DNA from: Alphaproteobacteria bacterium
GTDB lineage: Bacteria > Pseudomonadota > Alphaproteobacteria > MPNO01 > UBA830
Direction: 5' to 3'
DNA: 64,000 nt
Assembly (NCBI GenBank): GCA_964291215.2
Contig: OZ219791.1
Span: forward strand, 1,792,001-1,856,000
The translations under genes and the position numbers were made by a program. Positions 12,333 to 22,508 of this stretch are shown here, piece by piece. Within the stretch, counting starts at the first letter, position 1; every line of letters begins with the position of its first letter. The notes below the pieces were generated by a model. It did no database searches, was not told the DNA's origin, and was given only the letters and a program-made list of their open reading frames with translations.

Positions 12333-12545
12333 TGGCCAGTCCCCATCGACTGGTCCAGTGCGAATGTTGGTGCATGGGCGGCTTCTCCGTCAGACTGGCC
12401 GGCGGAGTCGGCCAGTCTGACATGATCGTTTCCGGGACTGAGGGTCGGTATCCCAAGCTGTTGTGCGGACGCACGACGTTGTAGTAGCGGCGCCAGGATT
12501 CGATGAGAGCCCGGGCTTCCTTCAGAGTGGAGAACATCTCTTTGT
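12333..12545 (-). mobile_element. IS3-family 3' fragment
   Basis: EMFSTLKEARALIESWRRYYNVVRPHNSLGYRP and terminal ...TGGCCA. Confidence 0.75.
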
Positions 12546-12780
12546 TCGGGTGTTCGGCTCGGCGGCGCGGGGGACGGACTTCGATCCAGACTTCAGCGAC
12601 GCGGACTTTCTGGTAGAGTTCGATCACAGGAGCGCCCTCGTAACTCTGAACCATTATTTTGACTTCGGGGACGCTTTGCGTGGCACGCTCGGCCGATCTG
12701 GTCGAAATCGGGGCGGTCCACAACCCGTGTCTGCGCGCGACCATCGACCGGTCGCGCAAACCCATCTATGCATTGTGGCG
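12543..12780 (+). pseudogene. Minimal nucleotidyltransferase (MNT) antitoxin, 5'-truncated and frameshifted
   Basis: VFGSAARGTDFDPDFSDADFLVEF (GS...DxD motif). Confidence 0.7.
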
Positions 12781-13124
12781 CTCGCGTACTGCTGGCCGAC
12801 ATTGAGCAGGCCAGTGCGGATATCGCGCACTTCATAGAAGGCGTGAGTCGCGAAGCCGATCTGCAGGACGGGTTGATCCAGGCTACAGTTGGACGCAAGT
12901 TCGAGATTATCGGTGAGGTGCTCAACCGCCTGGATGAAGACCATCGTGAAATTGTCCAACGCATTCAGCGTTTACGCCGAAACGCGGATTTCCGCAGTCT
13001 TCCAAGCCACGGCTACGATCGCGTGACCCCAGAGCGCGTATAGTCCTACGCCAGACACGATCTGCCGGAAATCCTTCGAGTCGTGCAGGTACTACTTACC
13101 GAGTTGGGGCCGCCCGAAGCATGA
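12768..13124 (+). pseudogene. HEPN/DUF86 toxin, internal stop at 13041-13043
   Basis: KFEIIGEVLNRL...FRSLPSHGYD (degenerate Rx4HxY); frame continues past the TAG (SYARHDLPEIL). Confidence 0.7.
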
Positions 13125-13220
13125 ACGGACGGTGCCTGCTCGTCCTCTGCAACCGGGTAGGAAAGCCCCGATTATGAGTGCAGGCTCGTCTCGAGACCTG
13201 CAGATCCATGCTGCAAGACG

Positions 13221-13790
13221 TCAGCGCTCACGCACGAAATGGGCGCAGATGTTGCCAAGTTCTGCCGGGCCGATTGTTTCGCCTATGACGGCGCACAGGT
13301 TGCGGGAACGGTCTGCCGGGTTATCTGCGTCCGGCGTCAGGTGCTGGCAGTCCGGGCAGGGGCCGAATTCGGCAATGCTGTGGCGCGTCTGGACGATGTC
13401 GAGCAGATGCTCGAGGTCGCGAACGAAGGATGCCCGTTCGGTTTCCGTGCACGGCGATACGGCCTCGGAAATCATGCTTAACGGATCCCGTCTAAGAACT
13501 TCGTAACCGCGTATGGTAAGGACGATCCGAACTCCGCGCCGGTCCCCGGACCGTCGCCGCCTTTCGATGAGGCCCTTGTCCTGGAGCGTCTTCAGGGTCT
13601 GCGATACCGTTCCCTTGGTGCAGTTCATGAAGTCTGCGAGGGCGCTCGGCGAGCAGCTGTGACGATTGGCTCGGGAAATGTAGCGCAACGCGATCCACTG
13701 CGCGGGATTCAGACCTTCGGCGAACTGAAGCGAGTGAGTGATCCGGCCCAGCCGGTCCACCAATTCGACAATCCTCGTATGTTCGGTCAT
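13221..13790 (-). CDS. MarR-family regulator with Cys-rich C-terminal extension
   Basis: LNPAQW.ALRY, TKGTVSQTLKTL.DKGLI, DRR.V...LT; C-terminal CPDCQH..C..C.H. Confidence 0.85.
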   Translation of the reverse strand: MTEHTRIVELVDRLGRITHSLQFAEGLNPAQWIALRYISRANRHSCSPSALADFMNCTKGTVSQTLKTLQDKGLIERRRRSGDRRGVRIVLTIRGYEVLRRDPLSMISEAVSPCTETERASFVRDLEHLLDIVQTRHSIAEFGPCPDCQHLTPDADNPADRSRNLCAVIGETIGPAELGNICAHFVRER

Positions 13791-14179
13791 ATGAGCCCGC
13801 CTTGATGTGGTTCCGGTCCGCGCGGGCCAAGGGCCCTGATCGTGCCGTCGCACCGGATGGTATCAGACCATATCGACTGGAGACAGAGCACGAAGACAGT
13901 TGCCTCCTGTAACCTTTACACATCCTGCGACCAGCCTGCGCCCACGGGTCTGGTTCCGGCAACTTCATTCTGACCGATGCCGGATTACGCCACGCCAACC
14001 GGATCGAGCGGGCCGCAACCTAGGAGTTTTTCACTACCTGCCTTGCGCGGGCCGTCGTCCGGGGCAGGGCTGAAACGGCGGGTAACGTGATACCGCCCTG
14101 GCTCCGTGCGTCGGTGCGCATGTCCGAACATGATATAGTTGCATACCGGAACCGGACAAGGCTGGCGGGAGAACACGGT

Positions 14180-15079
14180 ATGACCCTGAAGACTGTAGCG
14201 GTGATGAGCCCGGGGGACATGGGCGAGGGCATCGGGGCTTCCATTCGGGGCCAGGGGATTGACGTGATTACGGTCCTGTCCGGGCGTAGCGAAGTCACGA
14301 AAAGGCGGGCAGAACGTGCGGGCTTCCGGGAGGTTCCGGATCTCGCAACGTTGATCGTCGAAGCCGAGTTGATTCTGTCCATCATGCCGCCTGAGCAGGC
14401 GGAGCAGTTTGCCGGCGAAATTGCGGAGGCTGCGAGGGGCGTCGATTCATTGCCGGTCTTTGCAGAGATGAATGCGATTTCTCCGATGACCAGCCGGCGC
14501 ATTGCCGAACGGATGGCCACGGCTGGCGTCTCGTATATTGACGGCGGCATCATCGGTTGGGCGCCGTTCAAGGGGGAGAGCCCGACGAGACTCTATGTCT
14601 CGGGACCTCGGGCCGGATTCATGGATGCGCTGGACGGGAACGGCAAGAAGGTGATGCAGGTCGGCGACGAAATCGGTTGCGCCTCGGCGGTAAAGATGGT
14701 CTATGCGTCGATCACCAAGGGTACCGACACGCTGTTGACCGCGGCCTGCATGACCGCCGAACAGTTGGGGGTGCGGCATATTCTTGAAAAGGAATGGGCC
14801 TCGAGCCAGGCGGACGCGCTGGCGCGCATGGAACGGCGCGTACCCGCTCTTCCGGCAGACTCGGGGCGCTGGATCGGCGAGATGGAGGAAATCGCGGCGA
14901 CATATGCCGAGAGTGGGGTCACGCCGCACTTCCACAAGGGGGCAGCCGATGTCTACCGGGTGCTGGCCGCCACGCCGTTTGCCGCCGAAACTCGTGAAAC
15001 GATGGACAGAAGCCGGACGATGCGGGAGTCCGTCGAGATGTATGTTGCCCATCTTCCGGGTGCCGAAAACAGGAAATAG
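14180..15079 (+). CDS. NAD(P)-dependent oxidoreductase (6PGD-like, DUF1932 C-terminal)
   Basis: VAVMSPGDMG..IG Rossmann start, DGGIIG, ASAVKMVYASITKG, RWIGEMEEIA. Confidence 0.8.
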   Translation: MTLKTVAVMSPGDMGEGIGASIRGQGIDVITVLSGRSEVTKRRAERAGFREVPDLATLIVEAELILSIMPPEQAEQFAGEIAEAARGVDSLPVFAEMNAISPMTSRRIAERMATAGVSYIDGGIIGWAPFKGESPTRLYVSGPRAGFMDALDGNGKKVMQVGDEIGCASAVKMVYASITKGTDTLLTAACMTAEQLGVRHILEKEWASSQADALARMERRVPALPADSGRWIGEMEEIAATYAESGVTPHFHKGAADVYRVLAATPFAAETRETMDRSRTMRESVEMYVAHLPGAENRK

Positions 15080-15206
15080 CTGGCAGGCAGCCGGGCCAAT
15101 ATCTGGTCCGGTTCTCGTGGCCCGCTCCGCGGCACCCCGCCTTCAGCCCCGGCACCTGGGCCCGTCTGGACGTGTCATCGGGCAGGCACTATGGTGGAAT
15201 ACCGTC

Positions 15207-15545
15207 ATGACCGAACCTCGCGTCAAGACAACACTGTGGGTTGCCGCTCAGGTCAGGCTCTGCGACATCGTGCAGGTTCCGGTGGCGGTTGTCCGGCGTG
15301 GCGACGAGGATTCCGGTCAGGTGGTGATCAAACGGAATCGGCTCGACGGAACATTCGAGGTGTTCGTGCGAACCCTGGCCCTTTCTGGCGCTGCCGCCTG
15401 GCGCTGCGCGACCGGTGTGGAGCCTGCCGACGAAGAAACAGCGGATAGGGTTATTGGCCGGGAATCCGGCATTGATCCGGATATCTGGGTTCTTGAGATC
15501 GAAGATCCTGCTGAGCGATACGAATTCGATGCGCCCGTGATCTGA
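15207..15545 (+). CDS. DUF1491-family protein
   Basis: RVKTTLWVAA.VR, VVRRGDEDSG, DPDIWVLEIED. Confidence 0.8.
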   Translation: MTEPRVKTTLWVAAQVRLCDIVQVPVAVVRRGDEDSGQVVIKRNRLDGTFEVFVRTLALSGAAAWRCATGVEPADEETADRVIGRESGIDPDIWVLEIEDPAERYEFDAPVI

Positions 15546-15561
15546 GGACATCCTCTGTTCC

Positions 15562-17347
15562 CACGGCGATCCCACGCCAGGTTTGTTGGAAGGGTCGGTT
15601 TTGCTTGTTCAGGATGATTCGCATTTTCGCTGGCTTTTTGTGAAGCGGCGTAGTATCCGTTGTCGTGGGGGCAGCGGATTTTTTTGAGACGACTCCGGAG
15701 GGTTTTGAGCTCCGGGATGTGGTTGTGCGCCTTGCGCGGCCTGATGTCGCTGGAACCGTGTTGTTGACCGTATCTTGGTTTCAAGCAGTTTGCCGGTCGA
15801 GGTCTGCGTGTTCACCTGGCGCGGGCGGTGGATTGGTGCTGCGGGCTGGCAGACGGGCGCCCTCAGCTGCGCACCCGTTGGATTGGCTGGCGCCGCGAGG
15901 AACAGTTCAGGCGGTTGCCGGGAACAACACGAGGTTTGTTGTTCCTGGTGGTCGTTTCCGGGCCTTGCCTCGTTTGCGTTGTCGCGGATGGTGCGGCGGC
16001 GACTGGGAGGCTGCGTACGGCCATCCGTTGCTTGTTGCGGAGTCGTTTGTCTCGCCGACGAAGTTCAGCGGCACCATGTACAAGGCGGCGAGCTGGGAGT
16101 GCGTTGGCAGGAGCCATGCGCGCGCCAGCGGGCGCCATAGCGACCGGGGAGGCGAAGGCTCTTTACGTGTTTCCGCTGCGTCGTGACGTCGGCTGCGGGA
16201 TCGTTCGCCGCTTGCTGTGGCGTGGGAGTTGCGGGCGCCGCTGGTCGGCGCAGGAGTTGCGCTCGATTTATCAGCGGCGCTTTCCGGCGCGCGCAGGGGC
16301 ACCGCATCGCCTCGGTGCTGTGCGTGATGGCGCGGCTTGCGAACCGGCACGGTTGCGGCGGCGCACTACGCGATGACGCAGAAGGAGCTGGAGCAGCATG
16401 GAAGAACAGGGACAAGCCGGTCTCCACCGTGCACCGGGTGCTGCAGAACACCGACCCGGGATGGATCGAGGATGCGGCGCGCAGCCGCAGGTCGGCAACG
16501 CGGTCGACGGCAAGCGCGGCCGCACCGGCGAGGATCATTACGAGACGGTCTCGCTGGCCGGTATTCGATCCTCAACTATCACGACGGGGAGATCGCTGCC
16601 GTCCACGCCGCGACGGCGCTGGCCGTCTGCTCACCCTCGACGCGCTCCACACCACCCGCGAGGCTGATCATCGAGACCCATCGCGCGGACTGATGGTCAA
16701 GGGCAACGCACCTTCGAGAGAGCATCAACTGGAAGACCGCCAGCGCTACAACGAAAAGCCCGCGCATGGCCGCAGCGCACCATCTTCACCCCGCTGGCGA
16801 AGATGATCAACTAGCAGATCTTCCGCGTCACCCGGCGCGTCGAATTCAAGAAATCCGGAAAACGGACAACCGAATACGCCATGACCTCGGCCGAACGCGC
16901 CTCGCCGCAACAGCTGCTCGCATGGAATCGCGGACACTGGGTAGTCGAGAGCCACCATCATGTCCGCGATGCCACCTTCCGCGAAGACGACTCCATGCTC
17001 CGAACGCGCCCGCAAACAACGCGATCACCCTCGCAATCATCATCCGCAACAAACGCAAGCTGCCCAAACCCTTCAACAGCTTCGTCGACACCACTATGCC
17101 AACAAGCGCAAGCAGGTCCTGCACGCAATCACAAGACCAGGCTGACCGCGCCTCTCTCCCCGACAGAAACTGCAAGCTTTCGAGCCCGGCAACCAAGGCC
17201 TCTCGCTCGCCCCGGATACGCCGACCAATCGCGCCCCGCGCCGTAACAGCACGTCAGCAAATCTCAAAATCGCAGCCTCGAACGCGTCGACCCGCGCCGC
17301 GATCAGGACTCAGATCACATCACATCAACAAGCATGGGATCACCTTG
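15562..17347 (+). mobile_element. ISAs1-family element with N-terminal DUF4338-like domain, degenerate
   Basis: Imperfect IRs CACGGCGATCCCACGC / GCATGGGATCACCTTG; perfect 10-bp TSD CCTCTGTTCC (15552-15561, 17348-17357); pieces AVDGK, LTLDALHT, RGHWVVESHHHVRDATFRED. Confidence 0.85.
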
Positions 17348-17496
17348 CCTCTGTTCCGGACCGGGGCTGTAAACGTACCGGCTTCGCGATATAGTTGCGT
17401 GTGCTGGCCCACCTTTCCCCTTGGCCGGCTGCTGGAAGGCGCGGGGACGGAGTATCGGTCCCGTCTGTGATCGTCGATTTGGCCGGGAGATTGACA

Positions 17497-19695
17497 ATGC
17501 TGCTTTACCACGCATCCAAGGACAGGCCGGCCCATCTCGGTACCTACCCGCTCGAAGTGCTGGATCGGGACGAATCTCTCATTGAGGTCGAAGCAGCCCG
17601 CCCGCGGGTACCGCCGCCGCCCGCCTTCCGCGTTAACGGCGCGCTCGGGGCTGCCGCCGTTGGTTACCGAGATCTGTTCGGCACCTTCATTGCCGGCGGA
17701 CCGGTGGAGCAGGAAGCGCCGGTACCAAGAAGTCTCGACCGCCGGACTGTCGACATCAAGGGCTGCGCATATTTCATGGATGCGGGTCAGGTCGGGATTT
17801 GCCGTATTCCGGACAATGCGTGGCTTGAAGGGGCGGAGCCGATCGACGGACATGGTCATGCGGTGGTGGTGCTGGTCGAGCATGCGCGCCGGCCCGGGCC
17901 GGACAATCTCGCTCACGGCTGGACAGAGGGCGCGGTCGAGGCGTGCGCCGAGATGCGTGTCCTCGAAATCGCTGCCTGCCTGGCCGGCCATATTCGCCAG
18001 ATGGGTTTCGACACCCGGATCCACGTTGCGAGAGACGAGGAGCTCGACCGAGAACGGCTGGCAGTGCTCGGCGGGCTGTGCGTGCGCAGTGGCGACGGTC
18101 TCGTCAATCCTTATGTCGAGGATGGATTCACGCTGGCGGCGATTTCGACCAGCTACGAACTAGCCTGCGATCTCCCGCTGGCCGCAAGCGCCGCCGACGG
18201 GCGCAACAGGGCGTACTGGAAGGGCATCAACGGAGCTACCTCCGGTCGGGAACGCGCCTGCCGCGCAGGGCGGAAAGCCCATCAGAGCCGCTATCCGATG
18301 GAGCAGGTCAAGCGCGTGGACCGGCCGACAACGCTGATCCTCGACGACGAGGTTCCCCGGGTCCCGAAACGCGGCGCGTTCTTTGAGCGCGCGCTGCAGG
18401 GTGACCTCGGAGAGAAATCGAAGCGGGAACGCCGGCGCTTTTCGTTCAAGCACCCGCTTTCGATGAGCCAGCTTCAGGTAATCCGGTCAATGGTGCCGCA
18501 TCAGGACGGCGACACGGCCCGTGATGTCGACCAGACCGCTTATGGCGATCCCGCAGTCAACGCGCGGGCGGTCAAGGCGCTGTCTTACTTCCTCGGCTCG
18601 GATTTGACGGGAATCTGCGAGATTCCGCGTTATGCTTGGCATTCTCACAAGGAAGACGGGCGTCCAATCGAAATGTATCACCGCTATGCCGTCGTGATGC
18701 TGGTCGATCAGGGTTACGACACCATGGAAGGCGCCAGCGGCGACGACTGGATTTCGGGGGCGCAGTCAATGCGCGGTTATCTGCGCGGTGCGGAAATCGC
18801 GGGGGTTATGGGGGAGATGCTGAGAAGCCTCGGCTTTTCTTCCCGCGCGCAGACCAACGCCGACAGCGACGTGCTCCACATTCCGCTCGTTCTCTGGGCC
18901 GGCCTCGGAGAGTTGAGTCGAATCGGGGAGCTGGTTCTCAATCCGTTCGTCGGACCACGTTTCAAGTCGGTAGTGCTGACCACCGACATGCCGCTCGAGA
19001 TCGACAAGCCGATCGACTTCGGCCTTCAGTATTTCTGCAACCACTGCCACAAGTGCGATCGCGAATGCCCTTGTGATGCCATTCCGCACGGCGACAAGGT
19101 TATGTTCAACGGATACGAGATCTGGAAGCCCGATGTCGAGCGTTGCACACGCTACCGGCTCACCAACTCGAAAGGCTCAGCCTGCGGCCGTTGCATGAAG
19201 ACCTGTCCGCTGAACAAGGTCGTTGACATGGACGGCGGGCTTCTGCCGCGCATGGCGAGCTGGATGGGCGTCAACGCCATGTTCCTGAAGCCGGCACTTG
19301 TTCCGGTCGCGACGTGGCTGGACGACAGGCTCGGCAACGGCAAGAGGAACCCGGTCAAGAAATGGTGGTTCGATCACGAAATCGTCGATGGCGTCGCCAT
19401 CAACGCGCGGGCCACGAACGAGCGCGATATCGATCCTTCCAAAAAGGTCGACAAGACCGGTCAGAAGATAGCTTACTATCATGCCGACATGATGCCGGCA
19501 CCGGACCAGCCCGGGCCGTTAATGGTCGACCGCAAGGCGGCGCTCGCGGCCGGCTGCCTGGTCGAAACTCCGGACGAGGCGCGGGCGCGCGCCGCCCGTG
19601 GAGAACCGGCGCCGGCGCATTACATTCCTACCGCACCCGTTGGCGAGAATATGATCGAGGACCGGGTCGCGAGTCCCTACGCCGAGGAGGAATAG
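17497..19695 (+). CDS. rdhA: Cobalamin-dependent reductive dehalogenase, catabolic (non-respiratory) type, with duplicated N-terminal domain
   Basis: AGLGELSRIG...NPFVGPRFKSVVLTTD.PL..DKP; FCNHCHKCDRECP and C-X11-CGRCMKTCP Fe-S motifs; repeated YP(L/M)E segments; no TAT signal or rdhB seen. Confidence 0.9.
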   Translation: MLLYHASKDRPAHLGTYPLEVLDRDESLIEVEAARPRVPPPPAFRVNGALGAAAVGYRDLFGTFIAGGPVEQEAPVPRSLDRRTVDIKGCAYFMDAGQVGICRIPDNAWLEGAEPIDGHGHAVVVLVEHARRPGPDNLAHGWTEGAVEACAEMRVLEIAACLAGHIRQMGFDTRIHVARDEELDRERLAVLGGLCVRSGDGLVNPYVEDGFTLAAISTSYELACDLPLAASAADGRNRAYWKGINGATSGRERACRAGRKAHQSRYPMEQVKRVDRPTTLILDDEVPRVPKRGAFFERALQGDLGEKSKRERRRFSFKHPLSMSQLQVIRSMVPHQDGDTARDVDQTAYGDPAVNARAVKALSYFLGSDLTGICEIPRYAWHSHKEDGRPIEMYHRYAVVMLVDQGYDTMEGASGDDWISGAQSMRGYLRGAEIAGVMGEMLRSLGFSSRAQTNADSDVLHIPLVLWAGLGELSRIGELVLNPFVGPRFKSVVLTTDMPLEIDKPIDFGLQYFCNHCHKCDRECPCDAIPHGDKVMFNGYEIWKPDVERCTRYRLTNSKGSACGRCMKTCPLNKVVDMDGGLLPRMASWMGVNAMFLKPALVPVATWLDDRLGNGKRNPVKKWWFDHEIVDGVAINARATNERDIDPSKKVDKTGQKIAYYHADMMPAPDQPGPLMVDRKAALAAGCLVETPDEARARAARGEPAPAHYIPTAPVGENMIEDRVASPYAEEE

Positions 19696-19977
19696 TGCGG
19701 GTGGCGGCGCAGTTTGCCGCGAAGCGGTCAGATCGCCCGCTTTGCGTCCCGCCGGGCAATGTATGCCGCAGGGCTGACGGCCGTGGCGGCATCCCTCCGC
19801 AACCCTCCCGACCGGGGTCACGGTCGAACCGATGATCCGCGCCCGTCGGCGGCGCCAAGCCGTTGGTGCGGGTGAAAGCGGAGATTTCGGAACGCCGGTT
19901 GCTGGCTGCGAGGCCGTGACACACGCCGCCAGCCTCCGGTCGGCCCCTCGGGAGGCGGACGGAAAAAGACGTTCCGA

Positions 19978-21024
19978 TTACCTGTCGAGCGTGCTCGCGG
20001 CGAAGATCTCTTCGAGTTCCAGCCGATGTGGCGTAAGGCCCTGCTCGTGCGAATAGGCCGCGATCGTCTCCAGCACCTTGCGGTTGGCGGCGATCCCGTG
20101 GCGGACCAGCGGGGTCGCGAGCGTGTCGTCGGCATCGGGCGGCAGCAACCCGGCGTCGATATGGTAGCGGGCGTGCTCCAGTCTCTGCCGGTCGGCAAGC
20201 TGCGCGGCCTCGTCGAATGCCTTGAGGAGGCTCAGCATGACCCACGGGTGCTTTTCCGCGATTTCCCGCTTGACCACCATGCCGTGATTTATCGGATACA
20301 GCCCCGTTTTTTCGAAATAGCGCTTTCCTTCGGCGTACGGGTCGGGAAATAGCGGCCTGAAGTCTGGATGATTGTGAAGATCGGCCGTGCTGCGGTCGAT
20401 CATCGTGCCGCCAGGGATATAGAGAAGCGTGGCATCGAGATCCTCGTCGAGCAACATCTTGCCGATATTGTTCTCCTCGGGGATTCCATGAACGGTCACG
20501 CCTTCCGGCGGCTTGAACCCGGTCGATCCGCCATGGCTGGATTCCGGCGTTCTCTCCATCCAGAATTCCATGTCGCGCGGTGTTACGCCGAACTCGTGCT
20601 CCAGGATGCCGCGGGACCACAGCGCTGCCGTCTGCTGATATTCCGGCACGCCGACGCGCTTGCCCTTGAGGTCCTGCGGCCTCTCGATGCCGGTGGTCTT
20701 GCGGATGAGGATCCAGTTCTGGAAGAAAAACCGGGTCGTGAAGACGGGCAGGCCTACGAAACGATCATCGCCGCGTGCGGTAGCCATCAGCAGCGACGAG
20801 ACGGACATCTCGGCGACATCGAATTCAGCAAACTTGAGCTGGCGCCAGAACAGTTCGGAGGGATGCAGTTCAAGCAGGGTCATATCGATCCCCTCGGCGC
20901 CAACGAAACCGTCGAGGATCGGACGGGTCCGCAGGTTGGGCGTCAGGGCAACGCTCAGGCTCAACCCCCCTCTGGTTTCCTGCCGTCCAGACGCGGCGTC
21001 AGGACCGAGCTGCGGCATTCTCAT
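19978..21024 (-). CDS. 4,5-dihydroxyphthalate decarboxylase-like / periplasmic-binding-fold protein
   Basis: ELFWRQLKFAEFDVAEMS.SS, DLKGKRVGVPEYQQTAALW.RGIL, YPINH, Y.HEQGL. Confidence 0.75.
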   Translation of the reverse strand: MRMPQLGPDAASGRQETRGGLSLSVALTPNLRTRPILDGFVGAEGIDMTLLELHPSELFWRQLKFAEFDVAEMSVSSLLMATARGDDRFVGLPVFTTRFFFQNWILIRKTTGIERPQDLKGKRVGVPEYQQTAALWSRGILEHEFGVTPRDMEFWMERTPESSHGGSTGFKPPEGVTVHGIPEENNIGKMLLDEDLDATLLYIPGGTMIDRSTADLHNHPDFRPLFPDPYAEGKRYFEKTGLYPINHGMVVKREIAEKHPWVMLSLLKAFDEAAQLADRQRLEHARYHIDAGLLPPDADDTLATPLVRHGIAANRKVLETIAAYSHEQGLTPHRLELEEIFAASTLDR

Positions 21025-21084
21025 GCGTATCTCCCTGTGTCGAAGGGCTGTCGGCCTCAATTGCAGCTATGAAGTGGTGGACAA

Positions 21085-21777
21085 TCAGACGGTTGCCACT
21101 GCGACTTCTGCCTCGATCGCCTCCAGCCAGAGCTCGGGATCGAAGCCCTGCGGGCCCGGAGCGCCGTTGAACGTCATCCGTCCTTGCCGGTCGATCACGA
21201 ACAGCCGTATCGGCGCCGAGATGTAGTGGCTCTCAATCTGGTTGTCGATGCCGTCGAGCAGCATCGGCAGGCGGATGTCCTGGTTGACCTGGCAAGCCGA
21301 TGCTATTGCCGCCCGCTCGTCTTCGTTGGACGGCGTCGCGTAGATGATGTCGTCGTAGAGGTTCTGCGGTGTTTGCCAGCCATCGGACGGATGGGCCTCG
21401 CGGATATAAATTAGGAAGAACTCGACATGGTCCTGATGGAGATCGTGAATTTCATTCAGACGCACGGTCTGGTCACGAAACGGCGGTCACGTATAGGAGC
21501 CGAAGGCGAGCGCGACAGGGCGCCCCCTGAGTTTGGATAGTGTGACGAACTCTCCGGTGCGCCGCCGCTGCCGGTCAAGGCGTTCGGCGGTGAAATCCGG
21601 CGCCATGTCGCCGACCGCGGGCACTTGCGGCTCGCGACCCTTCTCGCGCGCCATCATGGTATCGAATTCGTCCTCGATCATGTCCGAGATCTCGAGCCAT
21701 GTCTTCTTGCGTTCTGCGAAGGAAATGTCACGACGGGAAGAGAAATTGCTGAAATGGGCGTATTTCTCGTTGGGCAT
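21085..21777 (-). CDS. Iodothyronine-deiodinase-like selenoprotein (Sec at UGA 21487-21489), 230 aa
   Basis: In-frame join of track ORFs: APDF...RPVALAFGSYT-U-PPF...FLIYIREAHPSDGW; hairpin CAGAC-CGUGC-GUCUG after UGA. Confidence 0.9.
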
Positions 21778-21881
21778 GCAATTGCTCCATCGTCGTTTTC
21801 GCCAAGCCCGGATGCGGTCGCGCCCGAGGAGGAGGCAGGCCGCCTTTCCCTCGGGCGTCGTGATCCGCGGTTCGCTGCCGG

Positions 21882-22349
21882 CTATCGCGACTCGTAGAAA
21901 TTCACCAGCCTGACGACATCGGCGGCTTCGATTCTGCCCAGCGGACCGTCGGCATAACTCGATATCACGACCTTGTTGTCTGGTCCGAGAACGAATTCCG
22001 ACGGCTGGATGATCTGGCGACGGTCTTCCCACCACGAACCGAGAGCGTCGGCAATGTCGCGGGTTACCCCGTAGCCTACGGGAAATCCGACCTCATCGGC
22101 GACTTCGCGGGCTTTGTCGATGGGGTCAACGCTTGCCGCGACTACCGAGGCGCCAAGCTTATCCAATTCAGCCTTCTGTTCCGAGAAACCGACCAACTGT
22201 CGGCGGCAGAACGGTCACCAGTGGCCACGGTAGAACAGAACGATCTTGTATTTGCTGTCGAGACCGCCCGGCAGATCCAGTGTTCCACCGTCGACAAGAT
22301 TTACGGTCACATCCGGAAAGGACGCGCCAATACCAAGTTTCTCCGACAT
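21882..22349 (-). CDS. Peroxiredoxin-like (AhpC/TSA fold) selenoprotein (Sec at UGA 22215-22217), 155 aa
   Basis: ATG 22349 with AAGGAG SD; LFYRGHW-U-PFCRRQL (UxxC); hairpin GCCGAC-AGUUG-GUCGGU after UGA. Confidence 0.9.
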
Positions 22350-22508
22350 GTGCACTCCTTGATTGGGAACCCGGCGACCCTACCCGCGCACTGCCACTAA
22401 TGCAAACCGCTCTGACGGCCGGGCGGCTTTGAATCTGCGCGGAAAAACGCCTGTCGCCCTGCTTCCCGAAAGGTCCTTCCGCGCGGTGTTGGCGACGGCG
22501 GGGCCCGT

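Noticed and set aside
15700-16180. Druantia anti-phage system
   Set aside because: DUF4338 pieces are inside IS boundaries and no other Dru genes are present
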